Position numbers and translations under genes: made by a program. From the NCBI GenBank assembly GCA_950097015.1, contig CATNEN010000039.1, positions 6,200,001 to 6,264,000 of the forward strand: a DNA stretch of 64,000 nucleotides, written 5' to 3'. Position 1 is the stretch's first letter. The number at the start of each line of letters is the position of its first letter. This stretch comes from Macrostomum hystrix. Its lineage: Eukaryota > Animalia > Platyhelminthes. A model generated the notes under the pieces. It was not told the DNA's origin. It worked only from the letters and a program-made list of their open reading frames with translations, and ran no database searches. Of the stretch, positions 1 through 13,200 are shown one piece after another.

Positions 1-23
1 TCCCCCCCTTGGATACGCCACTG
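1..23 (-). mobile_element. Possible terminal inverted repeat of a DNA transposon/MITE, truncated by the window edge
   Basis: Reverse complement reads CAGTGGCGTATCCAAGGGGGGGA, a CAGTGGCG-type terminus common in hAT-like elements. The partner end is not in the window. Confidence 0.35.
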
Positions 24-2680
24 TTTGTTAGGAAGGCAAATTTTTATTGATTAGCTAGATAATTAGATAAAAAATATTAAAGATAAAAAATATACATGTT
101 AGACTTAAGTGATGGTTGCTTCAAAAAATTTGCTTCTGTTAAGAATCATAATGAAACTAAATAGCAGAAGAACGTAATTAGGAATCCTGATGTAAATGTT
201 AATTATCAGTTTTCTTGATGTGTTAAAAATGTTGGACCCATGTCTCAATATACATAGACATAAAGTAGATTTGCACCAAGTGAAAAATAAAAAGTGCAGA
301 TGGCACCAAGTGCACCAACCCCAAAAAGGTCATTCAGTTCAGTTCAGTGATGAACCCCCAAAAAGAGCCTTTGGTTGGCATGCTGCACTGCCTTTGGTGC
401 ACTATGCTGCAGATGGTCAATGGCTGGCATGCCAGTGCGCCAGCGATATTTTGATTTTGAATTTGTGCTAGACACCGTCCGCATAAATGAACCTTGGCTG
501 CAATAAGGAAGATAGCTGTTCTTACAGTTTTTTTTTCACTAAATCTTACAAATTTATTGTTGTAGGGCTAAATTAATTCTACTGCTGTCACCAAAGTTGT
601 CCTAGGCCTCTGTCTATATTCAATATTAATTCTAACAATGCCACCAAAGTTGTTACTGGGCCTTTTTATACTTTTGTCAATCTTATGAAGTCTTTAATTA
701 TTCGCTTTATGTATTTCTTATCTCAATTCAAATTGGTAGCATTTAGGTATTCAAATATGGTAGCGTTATGTATTCAATCTGGTAGCGTTATACTTTCAGT
801 ATGGCCGGTATCTTTACAGTATTATTTTTATAAGTACTTTGTATCAATCTTTATCCGTCTTTATCAGTCTTTATCAGTCTTTTATCCGTCTTTATCCGTC
901 TTCAATTATCATTCAGTTAACCTTCAATTCAATCTTCAGTTCAGTCTTCAATTTCAATCTTCAGTCCGTTTCATAGGGCTTTCCAGTGGATCTAGAGTTA
1001 CAGCTTTTCTTCACTCTATTTACTTCTCTTTCACAATGTCTCTTTCGCAAATAACTTCAATATGAACACTTTAAGATTCAAGCTTTTCTTACTTTGAACT
1101 CTTTCCAATCGAGGTGGTACGTGTTAGTTTTTCGCCCTCGTCTGCTCGTGTATTTATAGTAAAATTTCTCACTCTCGCGACTTCAGTAAAACATTTTATT
1201 TTCGGTGCATTTGAACAAATTGGTGCAGTTAAACAAATTGGTCTAGTTAAACAAAAGTTTTCGTAAAGTAAAAATAAATTTGCGCGGGAAAATATTTCTA
1301 AGAAAACGAGGCCCTATCTCATTATCTATTATAATTAATTTATGATTATAGGAAGGCTATAATCTGATAATTACATAAAATTTACAAATTAATTAATGTA
1401 ATTAATTAATGTACTACATTAATTAATATGTAATTAATTTACATATGCCTTGACTTTCTCATTGCCAGGCAATCTAGACCTCCCTAAATGGAGGTTGGCC
1501 CTAAATGATGTGAATTACACAATGAACCTTCATACCTTCTCTCCATGCCCAAATGAATGTGGCTTCATTGTGGAATTGAGCTTTAGGGCTTTGGTGTAAA
1601 AGGCAAGTGCTCTGCCACTAATCCCCAATCATAGCTTAAGTATAGATAGCTTCTTTCACCTGGCTATTCACAGTTGATGGCAACAATTGGATATATAGCT
1701 AGTTTTGACTGTCAATAAAAACATGCTTTTATGTTATAGCTCTAAGCCAATAGCTAGCTATTATATCTGGTAGTCAATAAACATGGTCAGTTGATTCCCA
1801 AGCCATGGGAATCAACTTTTTTGCTCTTATCTCCATTCGACACTATCAACTATTACTGTAAAGGCCCTTACAGTACAAGTCAATCATTCTAAAAGGTTTT
1901 ATGAAGAACTTTTCTTGAGTTTGCTCTAGGCCTACAAAGTTTATGCATTTCTATTATCTGTATTGGGCATTATCTAAACATATATTAATGATTTTCAACT
2001 TCCTTGATAATTAGCTAAAGACATTTGGTCAGAGATATAAAATATTGTGCAATATTTAGCTATACAATTGGTGTAATAAATGGCTTAGAATATATTTTAC
2101 AACTTAAAACTAAATTAATTGTGCATTTCTAAATGTAAGCATTAGCTAAACAACAATAGCTCAGGGCATTTTAGTTGGTGTCATAGTCTCTAGTTCATAG
2201 ACCTTGATCTGTTCTCATGTTCTCACTCTAATCATGTTAGAGTGAGATCTCATAAAACAATAAGATAATTCTTCCTTAAAAGACTGAAATGCCTGCCATC
2301 TGATCTGCTCATTTATGTTTTGTTTACACTACTTGTCAGATAATTTATTGGGATACATGGAAAAATCACACAGAAAAGTTTTTTTATAAGAAAGTGTGCT
2401 TGCTGTTTATGTAATTGAATAATTTAATTTAATCTAAATAATATAATCTAATACAACTGAGTTGTATTATTTCATAGCTGTGTAACTGTTTTAAGTTAGA
2501 GAAGTGATAAAGTATGGATATAAAAAATTTGCTACACATTTTCAGTACACACAATCCTATTTACAGTTTTGAGGACAGCTCTGTCCCCACACTACTTATC
2601 AGCTAAGTAGTATAAATTCTGGCCACATTCACTTATAAGGAATAGCTCAGTGCTTCATCTGGATATCCTATCCCACTGCA

Positions 2681-4314
2681 ATGAGCTTCTCCAGCATCAT
2701 GGAAAACATCCTACCAGCCATGGTATTGAGCGCTAGCGCTTTCCGTCCTGGGGCTGTTGGCGTCGTCTCCAGCGGCGCCTCAGCCGCCACAACGCAGCGA
2801 AGCTTCGACAGGCGCAATCCCGGCGCCGGTGTAGTCGGCAATACCCAGCCAGCTGAAGAGGATCCGCGCCGTTGGGCCGACTCGCTGGCCTCCGCCCAGC
2901 TGCTGCCAAATCGGTCCGATCTAAATCGGCTGCTGCTGGAGTATCTGGTGCGCGAGGGCCACCTCGAGGCTGCCGAGGTGTTTCGCCGGGAGGCCGGTCT
3001 GGAGCTGGACTATCTGCAGGTGAGGGGAGCTTGTTTTGTATCCATCTTCTCTCCCTGAAAAATGTGAATTCGTTTACCTGAAGAATGATGGAAGGTTGGT
3101 TTACCTGAAGAATGATGGAAGGTTGGTTTACCTGAAGAATGATATAAGGTAGGTTTACCTGAAGAATGATATAAGGTAGGTTTACCTGAAGAATGATGGA
3201 AGGTAGGTTTACCTGAAGGATGATGGAAGGTTGGTTTACCTGAAGGATGATGGAAGGTTGGTTCCTATCAAAATGAACATATTTTTCCCGAATTTCTGTT
3301 TAAAAAGAAGGTTCCACAACCTGCTCCCTCCACACCAGGAGGTCGAGTCAGATGAGGACAGTCAGCGTCGAGTTGCTGTTCGCAATGCCGTACAAGATGG
3401 CCGCATCGCCGAAGCAGTCGAGCTGGTGAACGAGGCGCATCCGGAGCTGCTTGAACTCAATCCTGAGCTGCATTTTCACCTGCTGCGACAGCAACTGGTG
3501 GAGCTCGTACGTGAGGTGAGGAACAGAGGGATACTGTGGATGACATGCAGCATACATGGCTGTAGCATGAGATTCCATGGCTGTAGCATGAGATTCCATG
3601 GCTGTAGCATGAGATTCCATGGCTGTAGCATGAGATTCCATGGCTGTAGCATGCGACTCCATGGCTGTAGCATGCGACTACATGGCTGTAGCATGAGATT
3701 CCATGGCTGTAGCATGAGATTCCATGGCTGTAGCATGAGATTCCATGGCTGTAGCATGAGATTCCATGGCTGTAGCATGAGATTCCATGGCTGTAGCATG
3801 AGATTCCATGGCTGTAGCATGAGATTCCGCCACTCCGCAGGGCCGCTTATGCGAGGCGCTGCAATTTGCCCAGTCGAGCCTGGCCGGCCTGGCCGAAGTC
3901 GCCCAGCCTGACAGCGGCTGTCTATCCGACCTGGAGGAGTGCATGGCCCTGCTAGCGTTTGAGAGGCCTGCCGAGTCGGTAAGTTTCGGCCGCTGGCTCT
4001 CCCTTAGCCATCGGGCTAAGCTGGCCAGCGAGCTGAACGCCGCCATGCTTGACGCGTCGACAGCATCAACATCATCGACGTCGTCATCTACGTCAGCGGC
4101 TGGCCGTGTCGAATCCACTACTGTTGGCGCCGCTGCTGTTAGCGAAGATGACGCTGTTGTTGCCGCAGGTCTTGACTACCAGCTGCGGCTGCTTCTGTGG
4201 AGCCAGGACCGGCTGGCTGCTGCCGGTGTCACTTTTCCTCGCATTGTTGACATTGACTCTGCTCGCTTCTCCGAGCCTCTGAAACAGCAGCAGCAGCGCC
4301 ATTCAACGGCCTAA
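2681..4314 (+). CDS. GID8: GID8/TWA1-like CTLH E3 ligase subunit (LisH-CTLH-CRA), ~329 aa; exons 2681-3019, 3339-3515, 3841-4314
   Basis: LisH DLNRLLLEYLVREGHLEAAEVFRREAG; CTLH VRNAVQDGRIAEAVELVNEAHPELL..LHFHLLRQQLVELVR; CRA EALQFAQSSLA..LEECMALLAFE..HRAKLASELNAAML..LRLLLWSQ. Both introns are GT-AG, phase 0. The start could instead be ATG 2699 or 2720. Confidence 0.9.
3073..3262. repeat. 27-bp minisatellite (gtttacctgaagaatgatggaaggttg), GID8 intron 1
   Basis: About 7 tandem copies seen directly. Confidence 0.9.
3555..3828. repeat. 21-bp minisatellite (catggctgtagcatgagattc), GID8 intron 2
   Basis: About 13 copies, ending ~12 nt before the acceptor at 3840. Confidence 0.95.
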
Positions 4315-5050
4315 TTTGAGTAGAAACTCAGGCTAAAAGTGAGAATGATTTAATATTTTCTGCTAATATTGGCGAATTTTTTAAGATTTTTTCTGTTTTC
4401 TGTAAATTGAACTTTTTTGATATCATACATTTGCCGGAGAGTTTCTAGTATCTACTAAATATTATTACAACTGTACTGCTGTTCGGTATGTGGACTTAAG
4501 GAGGCCGCCATACTCACTTAAATGTCTACCCCATCTATCGCCGAAATCCATAAGCAGTCACAAACTGCTTTCCTTGCCTGAGATTCGAACTCCCGACCTC
4601 TCGCTCAAGGAGGTGATTATTTGGCTACAAGTTATTTTTCATTATCCCTATAAACTGAGTCACATTTTACCATTAGCCATTGAATTGGGGGCATAATATC
4701 TTCGTGACTGATCAATTTTTGTTTTCTGTCGACTATCGGTTGGATTATTGCGAATCGTGTATTGCAGATTCTAAATTAATACTTAACACTAGTAGTAGTA
4801 GAGTAAAAGTTTGCACCTTCTGCTTTAGGCTTTGTAGATATAATTGAAAAATGCCGAGTCGATAGTAAGTAGTATTTACGTGTTTACCTAATGATGTTTA
4901 TACAATTGTGAAGCATATCATATGGATTGATTACAAAAACTATGATTAAGAAAGAACAAACAATAATTATACATGCTACATTTTACATAAATCACGTTGT
5001 GAACTGTTGAATTGCAACTTTCTACACCTTCACATTAACTTCTTCTGCTG

Positions 5051-5210
5051 TCTAAAATATCTTGCTGCTGTAATCCTTAGCTTGTCCCACTCAATTATAC
5101 CTCTCTAAAATATGTTGCTGCTGTAATCCTTAGCTTGTCCCACTCAATTATACCTCTCTAAAATATGTTGCTGCTGTAATCCTTAGCTTGTCCCACTCAA
5201 AATTATACCT
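5051..5210. repeat. 53-bp tandem repeat x3
   Basis: tctaaaatat(g/c)ttgctgctgtaatccttagcttgtcccactcaa starts at 5051, 5104 and 5157. Confidence 0.85.
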
Positions 5211-5256
5211 CTTTAGCTTTTCACCATCCACTGTCTCATCTGCCTACCCCCCCATT

Positions 5257-6029
5257 TACACTGCACTCACCCACTGTCTCCTCACCCTGGCCCATAGCTA
5301 CACTGCACTCACCCACTGTCTCCTCACCCTGGCCCACAGCTACACTGCACTCACCCACTGTCTCCTCACCCTGGCCCACAGCTACACTGCACTCACCCAC
5401 TGTCTCCTCACCCTGGCCCATAGCTACACTGCACTCACCCACTGTCTCCTCACCCTGGCCCATAGCTACACTGCACTCACCCACTGTCTCCTCACCCTGG
5501 CCCACAGCTACACTGCACTCACCCACAGTCTCCTCACCCTGGCCCATAGCTACACTGCACTCACCCACTGTCTCCTCACCCTGGCCCATAGCTACACTGC
5601 ACTCACCCACTGTCTCCTCACCCTGGCCCATAGCTACACTGCACTCACCCACTGTCTCCTCACCCTGGCCCACAGCTACACTGCACTCACCCACTGTCTC
5701 CTCACCCTGGCCCATAGCTACACTGCACTCACCCACTGTCTCCTCACCCTGGCCCATAGCTACACTGCACTCACCCACTGTCTCCTCACCCTGTCCCACA
5801 GCTACACTGCACTCACCCACTGTCTCCTCACCCTGGCCCATAGCTACACTGCACTCACCCACTGTCTCCTCACCCTGGCCCATAGCTACACTGCACTCAC
5901 CCACTGTCTCCTCACCCTGGCCCATAGCTACACTGCACTCACCCACTGTCTCCTCACCCTGGCCCACAGCTACACTGCACTCACCCACTGTCTCCTCACC
6001 CTGGCCCACAGCTACACTGCACTCACCCA
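5257..6029. repeat. 42-bp minisatellite (tacactgcactcacccactgtctcctcaccctggcccayagc)
   Basis: About 18 near-identical copies. Confidence 0.95.
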
Positions 6030-6540
6030 GCGTTTTCAGTCAGGTCATTGAATATAGATTCCAGTTTTTCTATAAAATTTTCCAGCAGCCACTAATTATT
6101 TCAAATATTTCTCATCAGAAACAAGAAAATTGTCATTTTAAATTTTGAACAGTTTTTGATTTGTAGATTTTGTGATAAAATTTCTACCAAAAATCCCAGT
6201 AAATCTTGTTTGTATTTGATAACAGAAATCTTGTAATAAGAAGGAATTCACTGAAGAATTTAAGTGTTACGAGTAAAAAATGTATACTTTTTCTAAATTT
6301 TAATTATGGCACAGTTAATTCAATTTTGTGACACCACTATATTTTACAAAGCCAGAAAAACCGTGATAACTTAAGTAACTAAGAGCTAACACTGCTATTT
6401 TTATTCACCAATACAGAGAGAAATAAACTGCCTGGTGTTGTGCGTTGTTTTGTACAGCTGTTCCTGTCCACTGCTGTCAGCAAAGTACTCAGTTCCTCGA
6501 TTATTTTTATTTGCTGATATTACCACAATCGCTGAATTAT

Positions 6541-7840
6541 CCCACCGCTCCCCAATCACTCACACCGCTTCCTAATCTCTCAAACCGCTTCCCATTCACC
6601 CACACCGCTCCCCATTCACCCACACCGCTCCCTATTCACTCACACCGCTCCCCATTCACTCACACCGATCCCCATTCACTCACACCGATCCCTATTCACT
6701 CACACCGCTCCCCATTCACCCACACCGCTCCCTATTCACTCACACCGCTCCCCATTCACTCACACCCTTCCCAATCACTCACGAACTTTCCCATTCACTC
6801 ACACCGCTCCCCATTCACTCACACCGCTCCCCATTCACTCACACCGATCCCTATTCACTCACACCGCTCCCCATTCACTCACACCGATCCCCATTCACTC
6901 ACACCGATCCCTATTCACTCACACCGCTCCCCATTCACTCACACCGCTCCCCATTCACCCACACCGCTCCCCATTCACCCACACCGATCCCCATTCACTC
7001 ACACCGATCCCTATTCACTCACACCGCTCCCCATTCACCCACACCGCTCCCTATTCACTCACACCGCTCCCCATTCACTCACACCCTTCCCAATCACTCA
7101 CGAACTTTCCCATTCACTCACACCGCTCCCCATTCACTCACACCGCTCCCCATTCACTCACACCGATCCCTATTCACTCACACCGCTCCCCATTCACTCA
7201 CACCGATCCCCATTCACTCACACCGATCCCTATTCACTCACACCGCTCCCCATTCACTCACACCGCTCCCCATTCACCCACACCGCTCCCCATTCACCCA
7301 CACCGATCCCCATTCACTCACACCGATCCCTATTCACTCACACCGCTCCCCATTCACCCACACCGCTCCCTATTCACTCACACCGCTCCCCATTCACTCA
7401 CACCCTTCCCAATCACTCACGAACTTTCCCATTCACTCACATCGCTTCCCATTCACTCACACCGGTTTCCATTCACTCACACCGCTCCCCATTCACTCAA
7501 ACCCTTCCCAATCACTCACGAACTTTCCTATTCACTCACATCGCTTCCCATTCACTCACACACTTTCCCATTTACTCACACCGCTTCCCATTCACTCGCA
7601 CCGCTTCCCATTCTCTCACACCGCTTCCCATTCTCTCACACAGCTTCCCATTCTCTCACACAGCTTCCCATTCACTCACACCGCTTCCCATTCACTCGCA
7701 CCGCTTCCCATTCACTCACAAACTTTCCCATTTACTCACACCGCTTCCCATTCTCTCACACCGCTTCCCATTCACTCACACCGCTTCCCATTCACTCACA
7801 CCGCTTCCCATTCTCTCGCACCGCTTCCCATTTACTCACG
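6541..7840. repeat. ~20-bp C-rich minisatellite (cacaccgctccccattcact)
   Basis: About 65 copies with variant units. Confidence 0.95.
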
Positions 7841-8025
7841 CAGATCGATATCAACTCATGAGATTCAGGTAAACATCCAGTTTCAGACGCAGTCATCATC
7901 ACTTAATCAGTCGGCTCATCGAATCAAAGTTGCCCAGCTGGTATTTAGCAGCAAAGCAAGCGGATGGGCCCCTCAATAAGCTAGTTTATTCCGGTGTCCT
8001 GCTCATAAAAGCGTCGAACAATTCA

Positions 8026-10166
8026 ATGTCGCTGTCGTCAGCGGCGACAGTCGACGACGAAGCACAGGCGGCGGCCCAGTCGGTGTGGGAGCGTCAGCAC
8101 TGCGGCAGCATTAGCCTGGTGCGCCTCATTGCACTGCGCCAAGTGGGTCTTGCCGTGAACTCCCTCGGCTACGGCAGCCGGGCGTTTCTTAGTCGACTAG
8201 CCGAGGCGAGGTCTGTCAGTCAGCCGAGACAGTTGCGCCTGGTCCAATCCAAGGCCAAGCAGGCTGTGTGCCTGGCTTTGTCCTGCAATCAAACCTGGCT
8301 GGCTGCTGCTCACGCTGATCACATGATTCGTATCTATGCAATGAACTCGGCTACTCACACTGTACCAGGCGTAATTGTCGACTCTCTAGTAGGGCACCGC
8401 AGGCTGGTGTGGACTATGCAGTGGCATCCGCGGCTGCCTGACATTTTAGCCAGCGGCTGTCTGAACGGTCAGTTGCGCATTTGGCGAGCGCCACGGTCGG
8501 CAGCGCCGTTGTCCAAGCGGAAACTGAGCTCCACCGGCTTGGATTCTGAATCCACCTTATTGAAGGTAAGCTGGCTTCATATGCAGCATTATCTGCACAG
8601 ATTAGCCAAGTCAATTCCTCTGCCTTTAAATCCCAAACCCATACATTTCACAATCCCCAACCAATGCATTTCACAATCCCCAACCAATGGACTTCACAGT
8701 CACAAACCAATGCATTTCACAATCCCCAACCAATGGACTTCACAGTCACAAACCAATGGACTTCACCATCCACAACCAATGGACTTCACAGTCACAAACC
8801 AATGGACTTCACCATCCACAACCAATGGACTTCACAGTCACAAACCAATGGACTTCACCATCCACAACCAATGGACTTCACAGTCACAAACCAATGGACT
8901 TCACCATCCACAACCAATGGACTTCACCATCCCCAACCAATGGACTTCACCATCCCCAACCAATGGACTTCACCATCCACAACCAATGGACTTCACCATC
9001 CCCAACCAATGGACTTCACCATCCCCAACCAATGGACTTCACCATCCCCAACCAATGGACTTCACCATTCTCAACCAATAAACTCTCCAAATGTCTTCAT
9101 TTCCAATCATCAAACGAATCATTTGCAAGTAATTCATACACTCATAGAAGTCCCATAGCAACCAAAAACCACTGCAATCCCGCGTGTCCATTGCCCAGTT
9201 GTTCGAGGTCACGCTGGTGTCCTGCTTAGCCTTCCACCCGGGTCCCAGCGCGGAGGACCAATCGCTGCTAGCCTATGCCACTGGTGCCAAGATTGTGTTT
9301 GTTAATTGGCGCACCGGAGTGCCGCTGCTCACCTGGAATTTTCGAGCCTCCTACAGCCGCGTGCGCTGGCTAAAATTTGACTCAGCTGACGGCGGCGGCA
9401 GGCTGCTTGTTGCGTCAACCAATTCGCCAGAGGACATTCCGACTCCGCTGGTGTCGCTGCCTGCCGAGTCCACAGCGGCCGACAGTCGGTCCCGCCTAGT
9501 TTACGAAGCGGTCATCGCCGAAGTGTCTCGGCTTTATCCGTCTCTTGGCAACAGCGCCGATGCTAACCTTCAGCAGCAACAGCAGCAGCAGCTGGAGCCA
9601 GACATTGTTGATCTCGAAAGCCATCAGGATGGACTCATTGATCAGCGCATCCGGGTGAATGAAGAATCAAGTGCGAGCTCCTCTAGCTCCTATAATCACT
9701 ATGCTACTAGCAGTAGTGCCAGTGGCACAGATCCCAGCAGTGTGCGAACTCGCATCGCCGAGGTCACCTGTCACGTGCTGGAGCGCGCCCACCGGCTGCG
9801 CTACTACGGCGAAGCCGATCTTGCTGACAGCGGCGGCGAGTTGGACGCCTCCCTGATGCGATTGGCCAACGCACTGGCACCGCAGCCTCGCCTGGACCCC
9901 GCATCCGTGCAGGCCACCCTAACTGACGCTGGCCTGCTGGCTATTCGCCGATTCGCTGGGTCAGCCGCTCCCACCGGGGCAGCAGCGGCTGCAGCACCGC
10001 AGTCAACAGCATCGTCTACTGGTCGGCGACTTTTAGCACAATTATCGTCATCTTCAACATCGACCTCGACTCAAGCGTCAACTTCGGCAAATTCAGCAGC
10101 TTCGGAACTCGCAAGAAATCGCAATTTTGCGAATCCCGCCTGTGTGGTGCGGGCCTCAGCCACCGG

Positions 10167-10206
<40 letters not shown>

Positions 10207-13200
10207 GTAGCTCCTGTGGTAGCAACAGCTGCAGATGGCCGTAGGGCCATTGTCAACGGCGGCTTTCGGGAGGACACCCCATTCATGCGGGTCCGCCAGC
10301 GCCCGGTTGATCATGCCGACTACGGAGTCGGCCCGTTTGAATTCGCCGAGGCTGCGGCCTCCGGTGGCGTGGATCCAATCCTGAGGGCCGCTATTGATCG
10401 GTGAGTAGAATGAGGTGGAGTTAGCTGGAATGATCGCAGATTGATTAAAGAAATCTAAAGAGTAGTTACTGTAGTAGTTATTGGCGTAGGGACGGTAGAA
10501 CGAGTAGTAAGGATGATAGAAAGGGTAACTGGACAAGGTACAGTGTGGAAAAGGTAGAAAGGGTATATATAGACAGGTAAGGATGGGTAGAAATGGTATT
10601 TAGGCGGGTAAGGATGGGTAGAAATGGTATTTGAACGGGTAAGGATGGGTAGAAATGGTATTTGGGCGGGTAAGGATGGGTAGAAATGGTTTTTCAACGG
10701 GTAAGGATGGATAGAAATGGTTTTCAACGAGTAAGGATGGGTAGAAATGGTATTTCAACGGGTAAGGATGGGTAGAAATGGTATTTCAACGGGTAAGGAT
10801 GGGTAGAAAGGGTATTTGAGCGGGTAAGGATGGGTAGAAATGGTATTTGGGCGGGTAAGGATGGATAGAAATGGTATTTGGGCGGGTAAGGATGGGTAGA
10901 AAGGGTATTTGGGCGGGTAATGATGGGTAGAAATGGTATTTGGGCGGGTAAGGATGGATAGAAATGGTTTTCAACGGGTAAGGATGGGTAGAAATGGTAT
11001 TTCAACAGGTAAGGATGGGTAGAAATGGTATTTGAACGGGTAAGGATGGGTAGAAAGGGTATTTGGGCGGGTAAGGATGGGTAGAAAGGGTATTTGGGCG
11101 GGTAATGATGGATAGAAATGGTATTTGGGCGGGTAAGGATGGATAGAAATGGTTTTCAACGGGTAAGGATGGGTAGAAATGGTATTTCAACGGGTAAGGA
11201 TGGGTAGAAATGGTATTTGAACGGGTAAGGATGGGTAGAAAGGGTATTTGGGCGGGTAAGGATGGGTAGAAAGGGTATTTAGGCGGGTAAGGATGGGTAG
11301 AAATGGTATTTGGGCGGGTAAGGATGGATAGAAATGGTATTTGGGCGGATAAGGATGGGTAGAAAGGGTATTTGGGCGGGTAATGATGGGTAGAAATGGT
11401 ATTTGGGCGGGTAAGGATGGATAGAAATGGTTTTCAACGGGTAAGGATGGGTAGAAATGGTATTTCAACGGGTAAGGATGGGTAGAAATGGTCTTTGAAC
11501 GGGTAAGGATGGGTAGAAAGGGTATTTGGGCGGGTAAGGATGGGTAGAAATGGTATTTGGGTGGGTAAGGATGGGTAGAAATGGTATTTGAACGGGTAAG
11601 GATGGGTAGAAATGGTTTTCAACGGGTAAGGATGGGTAGAAATGGTATTTGGGCGGGTAAGGATGGGTAGAAATGGAATTTCAACGGGTAAGGATGGATA
11701 GAAATGGTTTTCAACGGGTAAGGATGGGTAGAAATGGTATTTAAACGGGTAAGGATGGGTAGAAATGGTATTTCAACGGGTAAGGATGGGTAGAAAGGGT
11801 ATTTGGGCGGGTAAGGATGGGTAGAAAGGGTATTTGGGCGGGTAAGGATGGGTAGAAATGGTATTTGGGCGGGTAAGGATGGATAGAAATGGTATTTGGG
11901 CGGGTAAGGATGGGTAGAAAGGGTATTTGGGCGGGTAAGGATGGATAGAAATGGTTTTCAACGGGTAAGGATGGGTAGAAATGGTATTTCAACGGGTAAG
12001 GATGGGTAGAAATGGTCTTTGAACGGGTAAGGATGGGTAGAAAGGGTATTTGGGCGGGTAAGGATGGGTAAAAATGGTATTTGGGTGGGTAAGGATGGGT
12101 AGAAAGGGTATTTGTGCGGGTAAGGATGGGTAGAAATGGTATTTGAACGGGTAAGGATGGGTAGAAATGGTTTTCAACGGGTAAGGATGGGTAGAAATGG
12201 TATTTCAACGGGTAAGGATGGGTAGAAATGGTATTTGAACGGGTAAGGATGGGTAGAAAGGGTATTTGGGCGGGTAAGGATGGGTAGAAATGGTATTTGG
12301 GCGGGTAAGGATGGGTAGAAATAGTATTTGGGTGGGTAAGGATGGGTAGAAAGGGTATTTGGGCGGGTAAGGATGGGTAGAAATGGTATTTGGGCGGGTA
12401 AGGATGGATAGAAATGGTATTTGGGCGGGTAAGGATGGGTAGAAAGGGTATTTGGGCGGGTAAGGATGGATAGAAATGGTTTTCAACGGGTAAGGATGGG
12501 TAGAAATGGTATTTCAACGGGTAAGGATGGGTAGAAATGGTCTTTGAACGGGTAAGGATGGGTAGAAAGGGTATTTGGGCGGGTAAGGATGGGTAAAAAT
12601 GGTATTTGGGTGGGTAAGGATGGGTAGAAAGGGTATTTGTGCGGGTAAGGATGGGTAGAAATGGTATTTGAACGGGTAAGGATGGGTAGAAATGGTTTTC
12701 AACGGGTAAGGATGGGTAGAAATGGTATTTCAACGGGTAAGGATGGGTAGAAATGGTATTTGAACGGGTAAGGATGGGTAGAAAGGGTATTTGGGCGGGT
12801 AAGGATGGGTAGAAATGGTATTTGGGCGGGTAAGGATGCGTAGAAATAGTATTTGGGTGGGTAAGGATGGGTAGAAAGGGTATTTGGGCGGGTAAGGATG
12901 GGTAGAAATGGTATTTGGGCGGGTAAGGATGGGTAGAAATGGTATTTGAACTGGTAAGGATGAGTAGAAAGGGTATTTAGGGTATTTAGTATTTAGAAAG
13001 GGTATTTAGTAGGGAATATCGAAAGAGTCGAGAGAGAGGGTTAAGGGGTAGAAAGTTAAAGGGGTAGAAAGTTAAAGGGGTAGAAAGTTAAAGGGGTAGA
13101 AAGTTAAAGGGGTAGGAAAGTTAAAGGGGTAGGAATGTTAAAGGGGTAGGAATGTTAAAGGGGTAGGAATGTTGAAGAGGTAGGAATGTTAAAAGGGTAG

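Noticed and set aside
196-1065. Short AT-rich ORFs at the window start
   Set aside because: Composition unlike the GC-rich real exons; no motifs
5188-7872. Long repetitive ORFs (287, 257 and 475 aa)
   Set aside because: Translations of stop-free minisatellite units; no domain or gene context
10455-12733. Many Pro/Tyr-rich minus-strand ORFs resembling adhesive or extensin proteins
   Set aside because: Antisense translations of the 31-bp intronic array; the unit is not a multiple of 3, so the same peptide cycles through frames
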